A stretch of DNA of 63,970 nt, counting the filler, from Circinaria calcarea (Eukaryota): assembly GCA_051942165.1 (NCBI GenBank). It is 6 parts of 6 records of this genome, joined end to end, with 100 filler letters (N's around TTAATTAATTAA, not from the genome) between each part and the next. Parts side by side here need not be neighbours in the genome. Positions count along the whole stretch, not along the records: positions 43,407 to 54,145 come from JAVECS010000768.1; positions 54,246 to 63,970 come from JAVECS010000892.1; 4 more parts are not named here. One strand, 5' to 3'. A model generated the notes under the pieces. That model saw only the letters and a list, made by a program, of their open reading frames with translations. It was not told the origin of the DNA and made no database searches. The position numbers were made by a program, and so were the translations under genes. This document shows, one piece after another, positions 51,143 to 61,897 of the stretch (its first letter is position 1; each line of letters begins with the position of its first letter).

Positions 51143-51509
51143 TTATGCTAAAAGCTTTATGCTATGTTGCAGCTTTATGGTATGCTGCGTGCTATGCTCT
51201 GCCGCGTGTTTTCGCTGTGCTGTGCTCCATGCTATGCTCCATGCTCTTTCCATGCTATGCTGCGTGTTATGCTTTATGCTATGCTGCGTGCTTTCGCTAT
51301 GCTATGCTTCATGCTATACTACCCGCTTTCTCTATGCTATACGGCGTGCTTTTTCCATGCTATGCAGCATGCTATCGCTATGCTATGCCCGCGTGCTCTT
51401 ATTATGCTATGCCGCGTGCTCTTTCCATACTATGCAGCGTGTTATGCTCGGTGCTATATTGGGTGCTATACTGAGTGCTATATTAAGTGCTATGCTGCAT
51501 ACTATGCTA
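51143..51509. repeat. Degenerate (CTATG)n/(TATGC)n minisatellite with AT-rich flanks
   Basis: Dozens of TATGC units interleaved with GCGTG and TTTCC spacers. Confidence 0.9.
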
Positions 51510-51806
51510 AACACTATATTACATATTAAATTAACCATAATACATTTCAGGGTTTTGCGCGCTTGCGCGCGTTACAAGTGTTTATGCATACACGTCTGTG
51601 CACGGCTTGGATATAAGGTTACAATTGGTTAGCTAGGTGGCACAAACTAGAGTTTGGTCTGTGCAAAAAACACACAGACCTGTACGCGTGAGCAACGGCT
51701 TAAGGGATAGTAAGCTGGTATTAAAAAGTCTGTACCGCTGAGTTTTAGAAGCGCCCTCTTTCCTCCCGCTGTCGTTGCTCCTCTGTTACCTACTCCCAAT
51801 TGCGCC

Positions 51807-53682
51807 ATGACTTCGACATCTCCAAACATCCCGTCCGAAAAGGTATATGCCAATTCAGCGGTGATAGAGAAGAATCTAAATCACTCCGAAAGCTCGTCTG
51901 CCAACAATGCTGTTGTGGCTGTAGACCCAGCTCACGCCCGGCGCGTCACTCTGAAATGCGACTTGCATATATTACCTCCCTTATTTGTACTATATTTCTT
52001 GACCTTCATCGACCGGGTCAATATTGGCAATGCGCGGATTCAGGGACTGGAGAAGGATTTGCATATGGACCCGAAGGGCAATGCCTTCAACATTGCACTA
52101 GTCATCTTTTTTATACCTTTTATACTATTCGAGATACCCAGTAATATTGTACTCAAGCACGTTCAGCCGTCGTTATGGCTTTGCCTCGAAGTGTTCTTAC
52201 TTGGTATGGCATTAAAAGCTGCCCCCGAAGGAGATTGGAGAAGTTATTGCTGACGTTGTGTAGCGATTGCCACCATTGGTCAAGGGGTGATTAAGAATTT
52301 CAGCGGGCTTGTTGCAATGCGATTCTTGGTAGGACTTTGGGAAGCCGGACTCATACCTGGTAAAGCAGTCCACCAATCTCTCAGGTTGATATTTCGCTAG
52401 AGGATGACACTCATAAGACTTTCAAGGCTCGGTATTTCTGCTTTCGCGCTACTATCCTCGGTTCGAGCTTCAATGGCGATTGAGCATCTTGTTCATTGGG
52501 AATGCTTTAGCTAGCGCTTTTGGTGGAGTCAGTCTTCCCCGAATAACAGATTCTTGACATGCAGAGGCGGGCCACCTGTGAAAGGTATAGAAGCACAGCT
52601 GACGCTTTCGTAGCTATTAGCCTACGCACTCGCCGGTCTCAGTAGTCCCGAACCCACAGGATATCATGGCTGGAGATGGTGAGCGCCAACCAAACCTGAT
52701 GTCATCATTGGTATGCCTGAGATCTAACCCGCAGATAGGATCTTCATCATCGAAGGAGCCATCACCGCCGTAGTAGCAATAATCTGCTACTTCGTCATGG
52801 CCGACTGGCCCGAAACCGCGAAATTCCTTATCCCCAAAGATCGAGAGATGATCAAAGCTCGTATTTCCAACGACGGTGGAACCGGTCGAATGGATCGACT
52901 CGATTCTAGAGCTATCAAGCGCTGTCTCTCGGACTGGAAGATCTGGTCTAGGTAACCCCCTCTACCCCTTGGCTTCTTCTCATCCCAGAAACCCAGCACC
53001 TATAACTAATACCACATCCCTTCTTCCCAACAGCATTGCAATCTACATCTGCACCGTCAACACCCTCTACGCCATCAACCTCTTCTCCCCTACCATCATC
53101 GCCCAGCTAAACCCCCATTTCACCCCGCGCGCTGCCCAAGCCCGCGTCATCCCCCTCTTCGTCGTCTCTGCGATCGCGGCCGCCATCACAGCTTATGCCT
53201 CTGACCGACTGCGCCACCGTTACTCGTTTGCGATGGCCGGCTACGGCTTCGCTCTTGTCGGATGGATTATTCTCCTCTGTCAGAAACATGCAGGCGTGAC
53301 GGTGGGCGTGAGATACATGGCGCTTTATTTCGTCAGCGTGGGGGGTTACATCACACTCCCACTCCTCTGGACGCTGCTCGCCAACAACAGCGGCGGACGA
53401 TATAAAGTCGCCATCGCCTCGGCCGCCCAAATCGGCTTCGGCAACTCGGGCGGTATCATCGCGAGTCTGATTTTCCAAAGCAAAGAAGCCCCATTTTATC
53501 TAACGGGGTACGCGGTCTCGTGCGGGCTGATTGTGGTTGCGGCATTGGGACTGACGGCCTTTGTGTGGGTGTTGAAGTGGGAGAATAGGAAGAGGGAACG
53601 GGGGGAGAGGAATTGGAGACTTGGGGAGGCAGATGCGGATAATCTGGGCGACGATCACCCGTCGTTCCGGTTTGTATTCTAA
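51807..53682 (+). CDS. MFS transporter, anion:cation symporter family (Dal5/Tna1-like; multi-exon)
   Basis: KCDLHILPPL...FIDRVNIGNARIQGLEKDL...FFIPFILFEIPSN...MRFLVGLWEAG...GWRW|IFIIEG...GFGNSGGIIAS...LGDDHPSFRF. Confidence 0.93.
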
Positions 53683-53809
53683 AGCTTGGGGTGGATGGCG
53701 TTGGTTCCTTACAAAGCCTCCGACCGTGCAGCCGGTGCAGAGCTGCTTAGCAGTTCACGGTGGAAGTATATACTACTAAGCCCCGTACTATCGGTGCAAT
53801 GCAGCATAT

Positions 53810-54145
53810 TGTTAAGACACTAGAGGAGCGTGACCAAAGAAGCCCAGGGGAGGCGTATGATGAGGTATGCTCCCGGGGATCCTTGTGTAACGGATGGGAG
53901 CAGTGGGAGCACGGGGCTTGGCATGCTCCCAGAGATCCCTGTGTAACGTATGGGAGCAGTGGGAGCAGAGGTGCTACCCCTGTCCCAGGGGATCTATATA
54001 ACCACAGTCCTTTCCGTAGTATTTGACCTGTGTGGTCAAGACTTTACAAGTGTAGCAATATACTTCTATTGTCACTTATTACTTGCCAAGTGATTGGTAT
54101 AGAACCTTAGTGCATATTACAGAGTCCCCGCCTTATACCAGTGAC
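53810..54145 (+). mobile_element. Near-complete LTR (~336 bp) ending at the contig break
   Basis: Starts TGTTAAG and ends ...CAGTGAC at the gap (expected TG...CA, final base missing); internal 45-bp direct repeat (53867-53911 / 53923-53967); TATATAA at ~53995. Confidence 0.7.
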
Positions 54146-54245
54146 NNNNNNNNNNNNNNNNNNNNNNNNNNNNNNNNNNNNNNNNNNNNTTAATTAATTA
54201 ANNNNNNNNNNNNNNNNNNNNNNNNNNNNNNNNNNNNNNNNNNNN
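54146..54245. other. Artificial contig linker
   Basis: N44-TTAATTAATTAA-N44. Confidence 0.98.
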
Positions 54246-55616
54246 ACTACGACACCATCCATCAATAGTGATATGGGCGGGGAACAACGAGGACTACCAG
54301 TATCAGGAGAGCGAGAATCTAGACTATGACCCTAATGACACAGATCCTTCAAGCTGGCTGAAAAGTACATTCCCAGCTAGATACATCTACGAAAAGATTC
54401 TACCAGATGTGACAAGGGAACTAATTCCAGGTACCTACTACCACTTTGGCTCGCCTTTCGGTGGGAAGAATACCAGGGATCCTACCGTTGGAGACATTCA
54501 TCAATGGAACGGCAAGTTTCCTGAACAATAAACTCAAGTTGTTTTGCTCTAACTTTTAACGCAGTATGGCACGGGACTCAGGAAAAGTATCAAAACTTCG
54601 ATAAATTAGCCGGCCGATTTGTTTCAGAATTTGGAATGGAAGGTTTCCCAAGTATCAAGACCATTGATAGCTATTTACCAGAAGGAAAGGAAGATGCTGA
54701 TAGATACCCTCAGTCCTCGACTGTGGACTTTCACAATAAAGCCGATGGACATGAGAGAAGGATAGCGCTCTACCTGGTGGAAAATATGCAATACAAGTTC
54801 GAGCCGTTCGAACAATTCATATATTGCACGCAGCTCATGCAAGCCGAATGTCTTGCTAGTGCCTACAGACTATGGAAGCGGCAATGGAAAGGGCCAGGTC
54901 GAGAATATTGCGCTGGCGCACTAGTATGGCAAATCAACGATTGTTGGCCGGTTACATCTTGGGCTATCGTGGACTATCATCTCCGTCCCAAGCATGCGTA
55001 TTACACTGTCAAGAGGGAGCTTGCTCCGATTACTATTGGATTAAAAAGGACCGTTACCACGACGCCTGCAAACAAGTATACGCGTGTAGACGTGAAGACA
55101 GTTCATAAAATTGAAATGTGGGCGTCAAATCTGTCGCTCGAGAAGCGCACCATGGAAGTTCAGCTCAAAGCATGGGATGTCGTAACGGGGAAGGAGACTT
55201 ACTTAAAGTCGCTACACGACGCCTTCGTACTCGAACCCAATCGAAGCATGGAGATTACAGAGTTTAAAATGCCGGTGCTTAGGGAAGACGCTGAAGAAGA
55301 GCTAAGCACGGTTGTCGCTGCATACTTGATCGAAGATGGAAAAAAAGTCGCACGACATGTCAATTGGCCCGAACCGTTGAAGTACACGCATCTTCAGAAG
55401 CCGAAAGACTTGCAGGTCAAGTTATCCTCCGGAGGTGACGCTGTGGAGATTACGGCAGAGGTGCCAGTGAAGGGCATTGCACTCGAAGCTGAAGGTGATG
55501 GAGTGGTGTTTGCGGATAACTGTATAGATGTCGTTCCCGGAGAGACAATCAGGATCGGAGTAACAGGACTGAAGAGTGGTGAAGAGGGGAAGCTTGATGT
55601 TCGATATCTGAACTGA
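54246..55616 (+). CDS. mndB: Beta-mannosidase, GH2 (5' truncated)
   Basis: LRHHPSIVIWAGNNED (acid/base); GDIHQWN|VWHG; RFVSEFGMEG (nucleophile); DFHNKADGHERR; GALVWQINDCWPVTSWAIVDY. The symbol reflects resemblance to the Aspergillus mndB type and is less certain than the family call. Confidence 0.9.
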
Positions 55617-55719
55617 CGCATCTGGCGTAATAGGCTATTCCGGTGACGACTGTATGAATACCCTGGATTCCTGGACCGATACCCCTGAAGGGAAGTAATG
55701 TCTTGGTTCCATCGTGCCC

Positions 55720-56301
55720 TCAAACATCCGACACTATGCCTATGAAATGTCGGAATCGTGTCCGTTTCGCCTCTACAGTCCCATCTACTGATAGTCCGTA
55801 TGTGCTGAGTATGTTCGTCATCTGGCGCGCTAGGATTTGTTAGTCAAGTATATCACTCGGTCTTCAGAGATCCTCATACTATTTGCAGTAGCGATCTGTG
55901 CCGATGTTTCTGGAAAGCCATCAGGCTCAACATTGTTCCGGGTTTTTAGGCGGTGGAGGGTATGACCGGCTTTGTTGATGGCGGCATTGTGGATTCGGGC
56001 GAGATTGTTATGATCACTATGTTCTGATGTAAGCTTAGGATTTTTGAATAACAAGTTAAGCTTACACAGCTGAAATTCTGTCTCCTAAACTAGTGAAGCC
56101 GGCATCCATGTCAGTTCTAAGCCGGCCTATCTCAGCCTTCATTCCTCCTATCTCAGTCTTTATTCCTCTGATTTCGGCCAATATCGTCTGTAGAGTCGCT
56201 GCTTCATGGACCGCGGGCGGATTGTTGAATCGTGCAATCTCGTTGGCAGCACTATGCAGGTGATGTGCTATCTGGTTGGCGTCGGGCTGGGGTAATTCCA
56301 T
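55720..56301 (-). CDS. Small coiled-coil protein with a Mug135-like C-terminal domain (3 exons)
   Basis: Heptads AEIRGIK-TEIGGMK-AEIGRLR; NNLARIHN...LHRLKT...DGFPET...ILSTYGL...GTVEAKRTRFRHFIG; introns ~56065-56016 and ~55883-55830. Confidence 0.7.
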
Positions 56302-56446
56302 AGATGTAGCCTGGGTCTTGAAATTGGTTTGCTTTTACTGTTGGTTTGGAGAGTTTCCATGTAGAAAATGTGCCGTGGAGCCCGACAGTGAATTCAAGGA
56401 CTATTTATTTATCGCGATGTGGGGCACAACTCGTCAACCTAAATAC

Positions 56447-56664
56447 TACTATGGTTGCAGGGACAATAGATGTTAGCGTGGGTTTCGACCAACCCGGGTA
56501 CACTGAGCAAAGGCTATATAAATTCTTTTAAAAAGAGATTTAATATGGAGGACATCCTCCATTGTATATTCCGTCTTTCTGTATGAAAGCAAACTGTCGT
56601 TTGGGCCTTCTATAATTATTGTAAGATAACCACACTAACATCTATTATGCCTGCTACCATAGTA
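56447..56664. mobile_element. MITE family B, copy 1 (214 bp plus TA flanks; Tc1/mariner/pogo type)
   Basis: TA|CTATGGTTGCAGGGACAATAGATGTTAGCGTGG ... CCACACTAACATCTATTATGCCTGCTACCATAG|TA; ~33-bp imperfect TIRs. Confidence 0.9.
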
Positions 56665-57004
56665 ACTCAATTTCTGATCGCGCTTGCATTCACCGTCGTT
56701 GCTAAGGCAACGCTAAAGCTAGATGTCAGACCCCCGTCATTTGATGACTAACTGATGCGCATAAATATTTCACTAACCTTACCAATTACCTCATAAGCCA
56801 GCCAGTGAGAAGTACGACTCCGCATTGTGGGGATGGAAATGCCCCACTATGAGTGACAAGGCTGGTCGTAAGAGGATGGAATACCATGGGTTTCTCAAAT
56901 GGGCCGGCGGACGACGATTTCTTTGCTGTTTCTCTTGAGTTTCGCGAATGACTGAAAGATTGAAGCAAATTGTTGGACAATTCTCACCGAGTACAAACGA
57001 CAAG

Positions 57005-58216
57005 ATGGCAGCAAAGGCAAGCTAAATCGCGGGCATATTTTCTGCCTGCGATGCAACGAGATTGGATTGAGACTAATTCACATTACCAACACAGAACCTA
57101 TCCTTCATTCTCAATGCCCCCTACAAAGTCTCCTACGAAGACCGCCCCCTTCCCTCTCTACAATCTCCCCATGATGTTATTGTGCAGGTCAACTGGACCG
57201 GAATCTGCGGCAGCGATGTACCTCTTCCTCCTCTCCTCTTCTTCCACCCAGAGTAATATATCCTAACTCTCCCCAAACAGATACACTACTGGGACTCCGG
57301 TGCCATTGGGAAGTTCGTCCTCACCTCCCCCATGGTTCTTGGCCACGAATCTTCCGGTACGATCTCTTCTGTTGGTTCCGCCGTCACTTCGTTGAAACCC
57401 GGCGACCGCGTGGCGCTAGAACCAGGGGTGCCGTGTCGGCGGTGCGAGAGTTGCAAAGCAGGCCACTATAACTTGTGTCCACATATGGCGTTTGCATCTA
57501 CTCCGCCCTATGATGGGACACTGGCCAAGTATTACTCCCTCCCGGAAGATTTCTGTCACAAGTTACCCGAGGGCATGACCCTGGAGGAAGGCGCGCTGGT
57601 CGAACCGACGGGTGTAGCGGTGCACATTGTGCGTCAAGCGGATGTGCGACCGGGGATGAGCGTTGTCGTGTTCGGGGCAGGTCCGGTCGGCTTACTGTGC
57701 TGTGCTGTAGCAAAGGCGTTTGGGGCGGGAAAGGTAGTTACGGTTGACATCCAAGAAGGGCGCGTCAACTTTGCGAAAAGCTGGGTGCAGGGGGGTGTTG
57801 GAACATTCATCCCCTCCCGTGAGTCCTCCTCCGAAGAAAACGCCGCCAAACTCGTATCCGAAAACCATCTCGGCGCAGGGGCGGACGTGGTCATCGACGC
57901 CAGCGGGGCGGAAGCCAGCGTGCAAACAGGCTTGCACGTCGTGCGCGAGGGGGGAACCTATGTGCAGGGTGGCATGGGCAAGAACGAGATCACGTTCCCG
58001 ATCATGGCGCTGTGCATCAAGGAGGTCACCGTGAAAGGAAGTTTCCGGTACGGTAGCGGGGACTATAAGCTGGCGGTGGATTTGATTGGGCAGGGCAGGA
58101 TTAGTGTGAAGGAGCTGGTAACGAGGAAGGTCAAGTTTGAGGAGGCGGAGCAGGCGTTTAGGGATGTGAAGGGTGGGAAGGGGATTAAGGTGTTGATTGA
58201 GGGGGTGAAAGATTAG
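57005..58216 (+). CDS. xdhA: Xylitol/sorbitol dehydrogenase (Zn-dependent MDR; 3 exons)
   Basis: NLSFIL...TGICGSD|IHYW...MVLGHESSG...GDRVALEPGVPCRRCESCKAGHYNLC...FASTPPYDGTL...FGAGPVG...GSFRY. Confidence 0.92.
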
Positions 58217-58722
58217 GGTTGGGAGGAAATAACTACTGACACTATTGTATCTCACTGTAAAATTTTGGTTGGAGGATCAACATTCGCGCTGGGAAAGGAT
58301 ACTACTGCTTTTAAGCGATCGATAAGCTTTTGAAATCCTACCTTATCTTATCCTTGGTGGATATTGAGCAGCAGCAGATCGGTTCTGGATTTAATAGCTC
58401 AATATGCAACCTCTCCCATCATGCTGCTACTACGGTACGAACGACACGTGGAGCAAGTCAATATTCCACATCGTGACTGCTTTTCATTTTCCCTCCGCCT
58501 CAACTTCGTAGCAGTGCCACTAAATCGAAAAAGCCTCCCTTCTCCCGAAAAGGGTACGGGAGCAGCGGGCTGAGAACACGTGTCCCGATGCGGCCGCAGT
58601 TTGGGAATTTGATCGGGACTCGTAAAGACGCATGTGTGAATCGGTATGAGTGGAGAGCATGTTGCCCGTGGGGTTTGCGAGGGCTGGAAGTGTGGGGAGA
58701 AGATCTGGCCTTAGGGTAGTAC

Positions 58723-58941
58723 TACTATGGTTGCAGGGACAATAGATGTTAGCGTGGGTTTCCGACCAACCCGGGTACACTCAGCAAAGGCTGTATAAAT
58801 TCTTTTAAAAAGAGATCTAATATGGAGGACATCCTCCGGTGTATATTCCGTTTTTCTGTATGAAAGCAAACTGTCATTTGGGCCTTCTATGATTATTGCA
58901 AGACAACCACACTAACATATATTATGCCTGCCACCATAGTA
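58723..58941. mobile_element. MITE family B, copy 2 (same orientation as copy 1)
   Basis: Colinear with 56447-56664 over the whole length, differing by roughly a dozen substitutions and one indel; TA flanks. Confidence 0.9.
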
Positions 58942-59806
58942 CCTAATTACCGCCCCACGGGCCACGTAGATATCTTATGATCAAGTCGGGGAAAGGCCCG
59001 GTGTTACCGCGGATTTAAATAGAGTCCGGGTGGGTTAGCGGCGTAACCATCTTCAAGGGCTTTATCTTCGGTAGGGTTTTGATAAAGGGCTCTGGGGCCA
59101 GGTCGAGTGCATCGAAGGGTTTCATCCGAGGTGAGGGGAAGTGTTTGTACAGATGTGGTCTTTTGCTTTGGACGGATGGGGGTTAGATAAGGTCGCTCAC
59201 GGAGCTGATAAAGAAAGAGGACACTAGCATTTTTCATCGCCAAAGTCGAATGGTGGCCGCCGCCAGCTAATGTGTGGAGTGGACGTCTGTCCGTTTACGC
59301 TCTCTGCTCCGCCGCATGCGACCAATCGGTAGACAAGGCGAATGTCCTTGGAAGGAGGCATTGAAAAGCCATCGGAAACCGGATCGACTTAATGCGTCTA
59401 CTGGGGGACGGATTCTGTCGTCAGCATTACGCTCACGACTAGTAGTCTTCGTTACTATATATCCTGATCGCAATCACCTTTGATTTCATCCCGGAGGTCA
59501 TATTGGGGGAGCCGAGTAGTACGGCGGATGGTTACTCTGGAGAGGGAAGATCAAAAGGCTTGTTGTGTGTTTCACGAGCAACCAAATTTCCCTAAACTCT
59601 GATGACACACGACCCCTGGACTCTCACCACCTCACCATACGAGTGCAACTGCCCCCCCTCGTTGGCGTCATAAAGCTCAGAGGAAAGAATCTCACATATT
59701 TACAATGCGACGATAGGCTTTCTTTCCATCTCACATATCCTATCACTCCGGGGAGTTCGCATCGCTTCGGCTCGTCATTGACTGACGGCCGTCGTCAGCT
59801 CTCATC

Positions 59807-61312
59807 ATGACAAGACCAACATTGTCTACCCTCTCTCCTCAACACACCGGCAGCAGTACACCGTCTGCATACTCTTCCACGACGAGTCGGACGTGGAATA
59901 CATCGACTGTAACATCATACCCTACTTCCACAGTATCCGACGAGCAGGAGGGACAGTCATGGAAGAAAGGACAACAAACAAACCACCCGCAGGCGGGATC
60001 CAAACCAAGATTACCAAGCCTCAAGACATCTTCGAGTCAAGGGGCGATGAATGCCGCGAGGGCTGCGGCGGGCTATGGAAAGCTTCACAAACGCGGGAAC
60101 TCAGCCTCATCGACCACAGCATCACCAAACATGGCTTTTCCAGCTTTCGACCCAAACTATTCGCTTACCGGTCCTTCTCACGGCATGGCGAGCCCTCCAT
60201 CCGTATACCGAGATATCTATGCTCCCCCGATGTCAAGCAGCAAGGTAAAGCTAAAACCTCTCTTGCGTAAGCTTTCCGCACCAGAGAAGAATCAGATAGA
60301 TCTATCCCGATCCGCGGCGGAAAATGAAGGGTTGGGAATATATACCTCCTCGACTAGTATTGGGGGTAAACGCGGTGGATCGGATCCAGCATATGGCGCC
60401 GGTGGGAGAAAACCAACGCATCATCGCACCATCAGCGGCGCTTCACAAATCTCCACCACAACAACCTCTAGCAACCATCGACCTGGCGCGCAGTACGTGC
60501 ATCCAATGCGACAAACACCACGGCCCTATACTCCACCAACAACACATTCATACCAGAATTCACTAACTAGTAGTGACATATCGTCCGCGAAACCACCAAA
60601 TATCTCCGAAGAAGGGTACTACCATCTTCCAAGCCTTCAAAATGCATCTTACAATACTACCGTAGCTCCTCACACTTCCCTATCCTCGTCTGGCCCTACA
60701 CCACCCCCGCTACACATCCGCACGCACTCATCATCTCGCATCACCAGCGCTTCGCAAACCAATCTTCCTGGTACACCCTCATCGTTGCGTCATCGTAGTG
60801 ATACTCTTCACTCGGCAGACCCAATGCCGCATACGACGAGGTCATCAGTCGAAAGCGCGTTTCGAAAACGAAGCCGTACCAACACCAACACTGACCCTAC
60901 GGCTCAACTCGCTGCTGTTCAGGCCCTGAGAGCTGAATTCAACGCGAGGGAGGCTGCGAAAGAACTCAAGTTTCGAGAGGCTGAAGCCAAGGCCCAGGAG
61001 AAGGAGTGGAAGAGGAAGGAGAAGTTAGACGAGTCAATCAGGCGCAAGTCGGAAGCTCAGGAGAGGAGGAGGGCAAAGAGCAACGCCACGAGCGAAAAGT
61101 CTGTACCGCTGTCTACTGGTGGATATAGCAGTACCGCTGCCTTCCCCCTCGATACCGAACCTCCAACTCTTCACCACGGTCGGCCGCGTCGAGGTCGAAC
61201 AGCGACTGCCGGTTCTGCCACCAAGGCGGTATCAAGTCAGTGGAGCTTGTTCTGGTTTAAGTTTAAGACAATGTGGATGAAATTCAAGAGGAGTATGAGA
61301 GGGGGTTCTTGA
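59807..61312 (+). CDS. Hypothetical Ser/Thr/Pro-rich protein with C-terminal coiled coil and basic amphipathic tail
   Basis: Intronless 501-aa ORF; islands KVKLKPLLRKLS, IDLSRS, YVHPMRQTPRPYTPP; charged coil EFNAREAAKELK...; tail SQWSLFWFKFKTMWMKFKR. Confidence 0.75.
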   Translation: MTRPTLSTLSPQHTGSSTPSAYSSTTSRTWNTSTVTSYPTSTVSDEQEGQSWKKGQQTNHPQAGSKPRLPSLKTSSSQGAMNAARAAAGYGKLHKRGNSASSTTASPNMAFPAFDPNYSLTGPSHGMASPPSVYRDIYAPPMSSSKVKLKPLLRKLSAPEKNQIDLSRSAAENEGLGIYTSSTSIGGKRGGSDPAYGAGGRKPTHHRTISGASQISTTTTSSNHRPGAQYVHPMRQTPRPYTPPTTHSYQNSLTSSDISSAKPPNISEEGYYHLPSLQNASYNTTVAPHTSLSSSGPTPPPLHIRTHSSSRITSASQTNLPGTPSSLRHRSDTLHSADPMPHTTRSSVESAFRKRSRTNTNTDPTAQLAAVQALRAEFNAREAAKELKFREAEAKAQEKEWKRKEKLDESIRRKSEAQERRRAKSNATSEKSVPLSTGGYSSTAAFPLDTEPPTLHHGRPRRGRTATAGSATKAVSSQWSLFWFKFKTMWMKFKRSMRGGS

Positions 61313-61897
61313 GGGGATCGATGGAAGGAATCAAGTGTTTATGGTTGAGGAGTAACGGTGTTTGCTATTGGGAGCTACATGCTGACACAGTTTCTTTCAG
61401 CGACGGAGTTCAGGGCAACCCCTAGGAGTCTATGAAAGGTTATGGCATATGATACCACTCCGTTCGCTTTGGGTTATGGGACTGGGACTTGTTGTTTTGA
61501 AGGCCGGGAATCAATCGGCCCTAGGTCGTGGCTTAAAGTCTGTGTAGTAACCGATTAGATTCAATCGATTCGAAGTTTATTATGGTTCATATGTGTGTGG
61601 TATAATGTAGGAGGCGAAATAACAGTCCCAGACATTGTGCCTGATGACATCTTCTACTCCGTTCACCATGATTCAGTCGTGTCGAGTGAATCTTCACCTT
61701 CGGAATAACCGGAGCCGGCAGGCCCGACTTGGAATAGCGTCCACACGGCAATTAAGGCTCCGGCCACGGATAACGTCCAACGCGCAAAGTTCAACAACAG
61801 ACACAGCTCCGTAGACAGTACGGGTACGCAAAGGGCAGAAGAACGCAGGATACCGACGACCGGATACGACGAGAGCAGACAAGGGAGAACGGTCAAG

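Noticed and set aside
51145..51632. Three overlapping Cys/Tyr/Met-rich ORFs resembling metallothioneins or peptide precursors
   Set aside because: Translations of the (CTATG)n minisatellite, open in all three frames because of repeat composition.
10757..54245. Regularly spaced TTAATTAATTAA palindromes as a biological periodic signal
   Set aside because: Always centred in exactly 44+44 Ns; a six-frame-stop assembly linker.
51807..58216. MFS transporter, beta-mannosidase and XDH as a sugar-utilisation cluster
   Set aside because: The MFS gene is on another contig and belongs to the anion:cation family; mannosidase and XDH act in different pathways.
56447..58941. The two direct repeats as LTRs of a retroelement
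   Set aside because: Each copy has long TIRs and TA flanks, lacks TG...CA ends, and the interior is an intron-containing host gene.
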